The notes under the pieces were generated by a model. It was not told the DNA's origin. It did no database searches and saw only the letters and a list, made by a program, of their open reading frames with translations. The translations under genes and the position numbers were made by a program. DNA of 54,291 nt, the filler included, from Jimgerdemannia flammicorona (lineage: Eukaryota): NCBI GenBank assembly GCA_003990765.1. It is 3 parts of 3 records of this genome, joined end to end, with 100 filler letters (N's around TTAATTAATTAA, not from the genome) between each part and the next. Parts side by side here need not be neighbours in the genome. Positions count along the whole stretch, not along the records: positions 1 to 18,038 come from RBNJ01002323.1; positions 18,139 to 36,166 come from RBNJ01002324.1; 1 more part is not named here. One strand, written 5' to 3'. Shown piece by piece: positions 12,080-21,713 of the stretch; within the stretch, counting starts at the first letter, position 1; each line of letters starts with the position of its first letter.

Positions 12080-14151
12080 TGTAAGAGAGTTGCTTTTTAG
12101 GGTAACTATTACATAGTTCTGGAAGGGTTTTCTGGAAGTTCTGGATATTCTGAAAGACCATTTTCTTATGGTCAAGATCAATTTCGTATGGAGTACGTCC
12201 TCTATGCTTATTGATTTCAAGATCAGATTGACATCTCAACCAAAGTCCTTTTCTGGACTAGTTCTGGATATTCAGGATTTTCCGTATTTCAGAAAGTTCA
12301 AGAAACTAAGACCAGCTTAGTTGAATTGACATATTGCTGCAGACAATACCCAATTAGGAAATTTCGTGATGGGGTTAGGAGTGGGACCTAACAGGGAGTG
12401 GATTTACTTAAGAGTGATTTGTGGGTTATAGAATAGGTTTATTTGCTATTCATGATATTGCTATACTAGGAGTAATTGTGTGAAGAAGTATTGTGGGGAA
12501 GTATTCAGGAATGTTCTTGTGTGTTTGAGTCTGTTCAAGTCAGAGATTCTGAGGTCTGGGGGAGGGGGTATTTATACTAGTGAGGGGCTATCTGGACTAT
12601 ACTAGATATGAATGTAGCACTAAGTGCCTTGCTGAGTCAGAATGCAGTCACGTAGTACAAGGGTGATCTGACATGTCAAGAGATCGCCTGACTGCTGAGT
12701 CAGTTCACAGTCACATCGTACAAGGCTAATCTAACTATACTATGACTGCTAGACTATTTATGGGTTTAGGTGCTGTCTGGGTAGTCCTCGATGATATCAC
12801 CATCGATTGCATCATCTCTAATGAAGTAGTCGTCTAGGAATAATGGTTCGCGGATTACTTCTCCTTGTTCGCTGAGGTAATAATACATTGGAACTTCATC
12901 TCCATCCCATAGGATAGCATCGTCTGTCTCGTATGCTGGATAAGGTGTTGGTGGGCGGAGGATGGGTGTATTGTCTTCACTTTCGTCGGATTCACTGTCT
13001 GCATACCTTCTATAGGTTACAGCACTATGAGTTGCAGAATTGTAGTAAGCTGGCGGCTGTGGTTCATGTCGCTCGTACTCAGGTGGTGGAGTGGTTGGTT
13101 CAATCTCGAGGGTTGTCTGGAGGTACAGGTTGTATTCTCTGGTCTCCTCATTGTAGTTGAAGTAGTTGGGAGTGAACATAGGTTGGTATTCGTGCCAGTG
13201 GTCATTGTCCCAATAAGTCTCGTATGCAGTTATGAACTGTTGTAAGTTCATCGGCAAGGTTGGTGGCGTGATCAGGGTTGGCAGAGATCCTTGGCTTGAG
13301 GTCATGTCGGTGTCAGAGAGATCATTGTCTTCTGCTTTATCTTCATCGAAGTGGATTATATTGTAGACGTCCTTCATGGCATATCTGACTTGAGGCATTT
13401 GCAGGATATGGTCATCAGGGTGTGGGAAGATTCTGTCTGTGGTCTGGACATATTCGAGGTACTTGTGGTTGAGTTCTTGTATCATGTCATCAATTTGGCC
13501 GTAGGACAGGGTAGCAATCATTTCACTGGTAGTGACTCGGAGGTGGGGAATAAAGGTGTTGTACTCATAGAAGAGTTCTCGATGTTTGCGGGCGATGAGC
13601 TTCTGGTGTTGAGACATCTGGGTAATGTCTGTGTCATAGTGGTGTTCGACCATGTCTTCCAGGAGGCAGCCAATCTGGTAGTAGCTTGAGATTTGTCCAA
13701 TTCGGTGGGCCTCACTAAGCATGTTCAGGGCATTTCATTGGACTTCCACGAAGTAGAGGGGTGCCAGGCTATGGATATTCATGAGGGGTAGAGGGGGTGT
13801 AGCTCGGTTGACAATGGCATTCCAAATGTCAGTGCGGATGTGGTTGTAGATCTCAGTGGTCATATTTGTGTGTTTGGAAGTTGTGATTGTTGTTTGTTTT
13901 AGTTCTCTGATTCGACATGTCTCTGTGCTCAGTATATATGCATTTAGTCCTGATTGGTAAGATTCTGTTTGTATAAATCTTGTGTTCTGTGACTTCGTAT
14001 TGACTCAGCTTTGTACACTATGACTTTGGTTTGACTCAGCTTTGTGATCAAGCAGGTGATTTCCAGATTTATTCAGAGGTCGCATGTAATTTCGGTAGCT
14101 TGTTCAGAGGGTGACATGTAATTTCGGTGGCTTGGAGATTGTGCGCTTACA
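12080..14151 (-). mobile_element. Young family B solo LTR (2072 bp) inserted in inverted orientation into gag of its own family
   Basis: TGTAAG...CTTACA termini and a perfect 5-bp TSD ATCTT (12075-12079, 14152-14156). The uninterrupted target is visible near 47490 on the minus strand. CpGs are largely retained. Confidence 0.92.
12766..13863 (-). CDS. LTR(U3)-encoded protein of family B, ~365 codons, with one premature TGA at 13735-13737 (318 aa open from 13722)
   Basis: Starts MTTEIYNHIRTDIWNAIVNRATPPLPLMNIHSLAPLYFVEVQ*NALNMLSEAHRIGQISSYYQIGCLL and has an acidic, Pro-rich C-terminal half. It lies wholly within the LTR, upstream of the TATA box (reverse complement of 12569-12576). Confidence 0.8.
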
Positions 14152-17100
14152 ATCTTAGCTGAACAAGTCTGACCAATAAAAAGTCTGAGCCTACTTATCT
14201 TCAATAGTACTGCACAGGAAGTTTAAAGCTTCATTAGTGTAGTTGACACTAACTTCAAAGTCAACCAATAGACCAATGAGTGAGTTGTTGACTACCTTCT
14301 GATAAATAATTAAGACTATACTCTGAAACAACTCTTTGCTATCACTATAGCTTATGTCTGCTAAGTTATTATATTCTTCTGAGGACCTACTAAATAATAG
14401 TGGCAAACTCTTTCTGAAAAACTCCTCACATAGGATATCTAATCTATAGTAGTTAGCCAGAATATAGCAAATAATGTTCCAAGATATAGAGACCACTCTG
14501 TGGTCCCTGGACTCAAATAACTCATAATTACTCAATATTATAGTGAAACTCTGATTGCCAAATCTCAAGTAAAACTCTATAACCTCAAGTTTGATATATA
14601 GTAAAGAAGAATTTGAAATCTTCTATATAAAACTTGAGTCACTTCTGAACACTGTTGGTCTAGGGTATATTGCCAATAATGAAGTATGAAATAGTATAAG
14701 AGCAGACTATTTATTTGATATATTATCTGAATAGTTTATAAGAAAAATTCAAGAATAAAGATGCTTAGTTAGTTGTGATTACCAACAATAGTGCCTGGTA
14801 AGAATCAAGACTATGATTAAGTGAATCCTAACAGCTGGACCAATTCTGCCTTGAAGACAATTCAACAATAAGAAAAAGACTTAGACTAAGAAAGAAGAAC
14901 TCAAGTATGAAGCATCTCAAGCTCCCTCTACATCCACATCATAGATACTCTGAAATCATAAATCCATCTAGCCAAGTATCTTTAAGAAACTTACTGAAGG
15001 AGAAAGAAATGAGCTTTGAAGAAACAGAGCATGCTTCTATTACTGAAAGACAGGACACATAGTCAGTACCTGCTCCAACTGAAAACTCTGAACAGCAATA
15101 CAAGTAACTATTACCACTCTGCACTACCTCAACAATCTGACCACCAGAATACTAGACTTTATCAAGTTAAGGCCAACTACCAAGGGCCCAATCAAAGGAA
15201 ACCAAAAAGTAGCTAGATATGACCTATATGTAACTGAAGAAGCTATAATTTCTAACTGAGAAGTTAAGCAAGTCTATATAGAAATCAGCATTCAAATTCC
15301 TGAAGGACATATTAGAAAAATATGCTGTTACAGCAGCCTAGTACTGAAAGAACTCTCAGTAGAAAGAGAAGTCATTGATGAGGATTATATAGGCAAAATT
15401 ATTATCCTTATCTAAAACCATAGTTAGATACTATTCAAAATCTCTATTGGTTTCTGTATTATCCAAATCCTATTTGAAAAAATCAAATCAACTCTGATAG
15501 TTAAAGAAGAAGTCCCTGAACTACTGTCTACTATTCAAGAATCTAGAGGATTTGACTCATCAAACAAGGCCCCAGCCCAACCTACCACAAGTAAGAAAGA
15601 ACAATTCTATAAGAAAATTAAAGATAGATTTATACCAAGTGGCTGATACCCCTATAATAAGAATATACTCTTTCCAAATGATTGATAATTACTTCTCTTA
15701 TATCAATGAACTAGCCCAAAGAAGAACTAATAGAAGGAAAGCTCTTACAACTAAAATTACCATCATTGAATCAGACAAACTACTTATACTTTAAGCTTTT
15801 GTCAACTAAGTATCTGTCAAGATCATGATAGACAGTAGTATCTCAGGCAACTTCATCAATAAAGAAATAGCCAACAGACTCAAGATCCTGACCTCTCTGA
15901 TATAACAGACTCAAGCAGTTGCTATAGCTGATGGAATCTCCTATGTTATTAGTAAGGAAGTCTGCAATCTACTCTTCTGAATTGACAACTACTGAGTACA
16001 TATTATACTCCAGATTATATCACTTCCTGATAATGAAATCATCCTTAGGATCTCATGATTAAAATAAAAGAACTCTATGATTAATTAGATAAACCATTCC
16101 TTGATCATCAAGAAGAAATGCCATAATTTCAAACTATAAGACAAAAAAGACCCACTCAATTCTAGTGACTCTAGACCAAAGATCACTTATATCAATAAGT
16201 TATAACTCAAGAAATTGGCCAAGAAATGCTCTCTCTTTGCTATCTCTATCTGCTCATCTAAAGAAGAATCTGAAAACCTTAAAGAAGGCTTCTCCAAAGT
16301 TGACAGTCATATCAGATCCCTACTTCAGAAATTCCAAGACTATTTCTAAAGAAACTCCTGAAAGACCTATCACATAAATAAGTAGTAGACTATACTATCA
16401 AGACCATTCTGGATACCAAGCTTACCTTTAAGTCAATCTACTACATGTCTTTGAGAGAAATTGATATACTCAAAAAAGAGATCAATAAACTCCTAAAACA
16501 AGGATTCATTAGACCCAGTATATTACTCTATAATACACTAGTTCTCTTTATTGTTAAGAAAGAAAGAGATCTATGAATGTGCATAGACTACTATGATCTC
16601 AATAAATAAACAATCAAGAACTGCTGCCCATTATCTAGAATTGATGAGATATTTGATAGACTTACTAACCCACAATTCATAAGTTCTTTTGACCTATAAA
16701 ATGATTATTGACAAATTACCATAAAGGAAGAAGACATCTATAAGATAGCCTTCCAAACTTACTATGGATATTTTGAGTTTCTGATTATGCTCTTTAGCTT
16801 AACTAATACTCCTGCAATCTTCCAGACACTGATGAATACCATCCTGTATCTATACCTAGATAAATTTGTTATTATCTATATTGATAATATTCTAGTCTTC
16901 AGCAAAACCCTAGAGAAATATCTTGAACATCTTGAACTAGTACTACTGAAACTCTGAGAAAACTGACTCTTTGCAAAACTCAGCAAATATGAATTCTTTT
17001 GAAGGAAATTTAATATCTTAGATATATTATTACTCTCAATAGAATTAAAGTAGACTCCAGCAAAATCTCCACAATTAAGAATTGGCCCAGATCTAAGAAG

Positions 17101-17810
17101 CTGAAAGACCTTCAGTTATTTCTAGGACTAATAAACTACTACTGACAATTTGTTGAAAACTTTACCAAGATTGCTACTGCTCTTATCTAAATAACTAAGT
17201 ATAGTAAGTATAGTAAGAAAGAAGAACAGCCCTGGACCATAAAATAAGAAAAAGACTTCAACAATTTTGTGAATTAGAAATCTGAATAAGATATAGCCTT
17301 TTAAGTACTGAAAGATGTCTTGATAACTACTCCAGTACTTCAAGCAGCAAACTCTGCCCTATCTTATGAAGTTACTACTGATGCCTCTGATCTAGCTCTT
17401 GGAGCAGTACTTATACAAGAAGGACACCCTGTGGCCTATCATTCTTATAAGTTTAATGATGCTGAAATCAACTATATAATCTATAAAAAGAAAATACTAG
17501 CCATCATAGACACTTTGATCAAATAGCAATTATATCTAAAAGAAGTATACTTTATCATATTAACAGACCACAAATTATTAGTCAATATCAAGATCCAAGC
17601 TACTCTTTTCTGAAAACAAGCCAGATGAATGAAAGTCCTCATCAACTTTAACTATGAAATTCAGTATCACCCTAGTAAGAAGAATATTGTTACCAATGTA
17701 ATCTCTAGACTACTAATTGAAAAAGTCATCCAAACTCTTATCTTGGTTACCAACTCTATTATATAATAAATTATCACAATATATATTAATGATAAAGAAG
17801 CTCAAGTACT

Positions 17811-18038
17811 CGGTAACATTTAGGTTACACAAGACTCAGACAACACTTTCTACAACGTTTTTGGTGTCCGACGAATAACAACATGGACGGCAACGATCGA
17901 TCTGGTGAGCGTACTGGCCAGGGGGGCGGCGGCGCCTTTGGCTGGCAGCAGGTGGGGAGGAGGGGAGATGGTTTGGGGATGCCAGGGGCCTCGATGGCTA
18001 GCCGGGGCCCCAGCGGCGGAGGGAGGGGAGGTCTGAGG
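17811..18038 (+). mobile_element. 5' end of a young LINE (5' UTR and Gly-rich ORF1 start at 17883), cut by the contig end
   Basis: Abrupt switch to CpG-rich DNA. ggtaacatttaggttacacaa...taacaacATGG matches the LINE 5' end at 30481-30559 (agtaatattcaggttatataa...taacaacATGG). Confidence 0.65.
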
Positions 18039-18138
18039 NNNNNNNNNNNNNNNNNNNNNNNNNNNNNNNNNNNNNNNNNNNNTTAATTAATTAANNNNNN
18101 NNNNNNNNNNNNNNNNNNNNNNNNNNNNNNNNNNNNNN
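18039..18138. other. Artificial contig linker
   Basis: 44 N, TTAATTAATTAA (stops in all six frames), 44 N. Confidence 0.98.
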
Positions 18139-18760
18139 GATTACCGGCAGGGCCGTGAATGCTGGTGGACCGAACCGAAGGGATAGTCGGTAAGGGCTGG
18201 GATGAGGATGGGGGTGCGAGAACCGCCGAAAGAGAAGCAGTAGCGCGATCGATAAAGGCTTGATCGATGATGGGAGACGCGTCCTGACCAGAAACGGCAG
18301 GAACTGCACTAGCCGGTGCCGCCGAAGATACGATGTCGGGGCGAGAGCGTAAGAGCTGAAAAAGTTCATCGAACCGACGGTCTTGCGCGGATGCATGCTC
18401 TTGGAGCTGAGCAACGCTGGCTTCGATGGAAACATCAGAGGCCGGTGTGCTGAAAAAAGCCGGTCCGGCCGCCGTAGCGCTAGTAGGAGCCTTGGATGCG
18501 GCACGCGCCGATAGACGCGTGATTCGGCGGGGTGCGGAAGTAGAGTGGTCAGGGAGGGTGGTGAGATAATCCACGAGGATAGCAACGTCGGGGTTCTCGC
18601 TATCAGATTCCAGGTCGTCTTGCAGAAAACGGAGCACACGCTCGATGAAATTAACGTCCGAGCGGAAAGGGCAGGAGGCGGAGCCCAGGTCGTGTTGGCC
18701 CTTCGACGTATGGGAAGGGTCGTATCGACACAAAAGGCAGGAATTTGCGGAGAGGACCAT
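18139..18760 (-). CDS. N-terminal part of an ORF with a C-x2-C-x11-H-x6-C motif and an Ala/Ser/Pro-rich region; possibly the gag-like ORF1 of a young retroelement (DIRS/Ngaro-like?)
   Basis: At least 207 codons, intron-less, CpG-rich and truncated by the contig end. The class assignment is inference from composition only. Confidence 0.35.
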
Positions 18761-19659
18761 GGTAATATAATGAAATGCGTACGAATGTACGGAAGCGCAA
18801 AAGCGTAAGTGTAAAGCGCGTACTAAGAATGTTGGGTGAATGGTAGAATTACATATAAAAGTAATGCGCCTACCGCGCTAGTACCAAAAAAGGAAAGACT
18901 ACGCCTGATTTAGACACGCCTTAGACAAACAACGGCGTTGAAACATTTTGGGCGCTATACGCCCAAGACCTTCCTGCATTCATTGACCTGTGGTCTCGAG
19001 CGAGCCCCCTCATGGATTGTTGGGTGTACTGGGCTGTGTGGGGCGCTTGGGGTTGTGGGAGAGAGCATCATCCAGTGGGTAGAGGCTGTTGGAGCAGAGG
19101 GTGCTTGCGGTTAGTGGGAGAGGAGGAGTGCTCTGTTGAATCTTGTGTTATCATTTATGTCTTCAATTAATAAGACGTCATCAATTACGTCATCAACTAA
19201 ACCACTTCACACACCATCTACGACAGCAGGTAGAAAATCACATCATAATACTTGAGTTGTTGGATATAGATTTCGGAAAGTGTCAAACGCGTTAAGGAAA
19301 TCACAGTTGTATTATAATGATGTTGCTGCACGGCATAATGCTTGATGCATCATTTATCGTTGTCTATCGAAATCCATAAAAGATAGAGGTCACCATGCAC
19401 ACATGTAGAGCGAAACTAGGCAACAGTGCAATTTTATAATGCATTCAGTATCGAGTGCAGGATGGGTTGACGTTGAATTATAGTGACATCATAATCACAC
19501 GTCTACTCCTGTCAATTAGGCTACACAAACATCGGCCATTAATCGCGATAATGACAATAGCCATTAGTTCCAACTTCTCGGCCTTCTGCCCGTAATGCTT
19601 CAGCAAACTGGAAATGAATGACAACGTCAATTTTATTTCTCTTATTTAAAGAGATGCCC

Positions 19660-20072
19660 ACATATGCCATTCTGGAAATGGAGACGATCCAAGATCTTCG
19701 CTCTGCCTTATCCCTTACTTCACCCGCGGCGCCTCTCACGGAATCTTAAAAGCTCAACATCCTCAATATCTCATCTATTCAGAAAAATGTTTTAGCCATA
19801 TTGAATTCTACGATCCACCCTGTCAAGCGGTGAAACCGTTTAGAACGAATTATCTGAAGAAGAAAAGGAGCATTCATGGCAGGGCTTTTCATCATCCATG
19901 ACATGTAAGTACTATGTATATGTAAGTTGTCTATAGTAAGCATAACGATCACACTCTGACTAGTTCAGATGTCTATAAAACTGGGAGTAAGCGCAAGTCT
20001 TATGAGACTCATAGATACTGGCAAGATCAGTTCTGTCGTTTTATCTATTGAAATTTTGAGGAACGTAAGTGT
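19660..20072 (+). pseudogene. Spliced host-gene fragment interrupted by the family A 5' LTR
   Basis: CpG-normal sequence with a GTAAGT donor at ~19905, a CTGAC...CAG acceptor at ~19968 and a second GTAAGT at 20065, just before the LTR start. In-frame stops are present. Confidence 0.35.
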
Positions 20073-20315
20073 TGTAACGGTGACCCCAGAATGATGACAT
20101 CAGCACAGGAGACAGCCTTTCCTTATAAGCCACCAGATCAGAGTACAAGAAGATCATATGGCATATGAGATGAGCAATGATGACCAACTGTGAGTCATTG
20201 TGACCACAGCACAAGCATTCTGAAGAATATAAAAGAAGGATCAAGGAACTGCAGTAGCAGCAACCAACAAGAACTACCAATCCCAAAAATAGCTCAAAGA
20301 CTTATCACAAACAAA

Positions 20316-21131
20316 ATGCCTGCTGCCCACCAAACCTCAAGATCAAGGAATCATCAAGGTATCTTGGTCAAGGAAAGGATGTTCCAAGACATCAGAAGAG
20401 CCATGAGGACCCGCTCAAGAAGGACTCCTAGTGTCAACCTGGGTACTGCAGACCCCTATCACTTCATTCTCTACCATCACGAAATGGAAACAAGGATCAC
20501 CATTGCCACCAAATGCCTCCAAATGTGGCAGGAATATGAAATAGGAAACCTCCTCTGTCGGAAGTTCCCACAGGCCAGCCCTCAAGAGCTACAAGATGCC
20601 ACTCCCATGGACCTACGTGAGGCAAGGACAGCAAAGAAGATCCATCAGATCTTCAGGCATGCACTATGGTCGATCCCCAACTTGGAGTATGTTAGAGTCT
20701 CAGACTTCAGAGACCTGTCATCCCGCCATATCAATGCACTAGAAGCCAGGGTAGCCACAGAAGCCCAGTCTACCATCACACTCAATAGTGAAGAAGTAGA
20801 AGACTTCTGGCACCCTATCTTTCAGGATAACCCAGACCAATTCCTGCAAGGATTGATCTCAGTATTCCAAGGCCCAAGTATCCAGGTTAGATCTTCACAA
20901 GACCCCACATTTGTCCCCTATTTTGTAGAAGAGAACCTCATAGACTGGAGAGCTTCAGATCTTGTCCCTGATTTCCCCACCAAATGTGATGATGTCATCG
21001 GCGATGACGTCATCCTGCATGACATACCCGAAGCACATGAGATATGCAGCCTGCACAATGAATTCACGGACCTCATCTCCTTCAGTGATGATGATGATAA
21101 AGCTCCCATGGTCCTGAACTTTCTGCTCTAA
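20316..21131 (+). CDS. LTR(U3)-encoded protein of family A, 271 aa, intact
   Basis: An uninterrupted frame MPAAHQTSRSRNHQG...DLISFSDDDDKAPMVLNFLL with ATG context ACAAAATG. It lies wholly inside the 5' LTR, upstream of the TATA box, and has homologous decayed copies in the other two family A LTRs. Confidence 0.82.
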   Translation: MPAAHQTSRSRNHQGILVKERMFQDIRRAMRTRSRRTPSVNLGTADPYHFILYHHEMETRITIATKCLQMWQEYEIGNLLCRKFPQASPQELQDATPMDLREARTAKKIHQIFRHALWSIPNLEYVRVSDFRDLSSRHINALEARVATEAQSTITLNSEEVEDFWHPIFQDNPDQFLQGLISVFQGPSIQVRSSQDPTFVPYFVEENLIDWRASDLVPDFPTKCDDVIGDDVILHDIPEAHEICSLHNEFTDLISFSDDDDKAPMVLNFLL

Positions 21132-21138
21132 GTTCTTT

Positions 21139-21270
21139 GTTACATTAGATAATGCCAGCACCGGTATTCTCATGTAACACTGGATAATGCCAGCACTGGT
21201 ATTCTGAGGTGACACGAAATTGTTCCAGCACTGGCATTTTGATGTGATACTAAATAATGCCAGCCCTGGA
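21139..21270 (+). repeat. ~35-bp tandem repeat in family A U3, between the ORF stop and the TATA box
   Basis: Unit is approximately TGTAACACTGGATAATGCCAGCACTGGTATTCTCA. About 4 copies here and about 5 at 28388-28555. Confidence 0.8.
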
Positions 21271-21713
21271 ACTTAGTAGTTTTAGTTATTGGAATTTATA
21301 TTTAGCTTTATATCTTAGCAACTATTGAATTATATTTTGTATAAATACCTCTCTTATTTCCTCTGAAATAAAGTCAGTCAAGTTTCAGTCAAGTTCCGGT
21401 TTCACTTATACACACTTCCTTATAAGCAATCTAAGAGATAACAAGACAGTTAAAGATAAGAAGTTTGAGAACTATAAGACCTTAGAAAGGCACTCCAATA
21501 AGAACTTACTTATAACAACTTGAGTTAGTCTAAGAGATATACCTTGAAGAGAATCTGGCATATTTGAAGGACTCAGCGACCACTATGTGACAACTTGGTG
21601 CCCATTGGCTAGTGATTCAAGACAAATCCCTCACTTTCAAGCTGAAAAACAAACAACCCCCACAACAACTACCCTGACTACAAGAGTCACTCCCTGCAAG
21701 AATTCATGACAAG

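Larger units (their letters stand above)
9124..17810 (+). mobile_element. Family B chromovirus Ty3/Gypsy element, copy 1: 5' LTR 9124-11058, PBS, gag, dUTPase, protease, RT, RNase H; decayed and truncated by a LINE at 17811
   Basis: LTR ends are TATAAG...CTTATA (decayed TGTAAG...CTTACA). dUTPase lies at ~15150-15565 (VIDEDY), protease IDSS at ~15828, RT YIDN at ~16877 and RNase H TTDASDLALGAVL at ~17375. It is colinear with the minus-strand copy at 40793-47690. Confidence 0.9.

Noticed and set aside
18039..18138. Palindromic TTAATTAATTAA within N runs, recurring at ~18.1 kb spacing (also 36167-36266)
   Set aside because: This is an assembly linker joining contigs that appear size-sorted (18038, 18028, 18025 bp). 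No biological adjacency across the linkers can be assumed.
20316..21131. LTR ORFs as env-like genes
   Set aside because: Neither ORF-A nor ORF-B has a visible signal peptide or transmembrane segment, and both lie inside U3 rather than between pol and the PPT.
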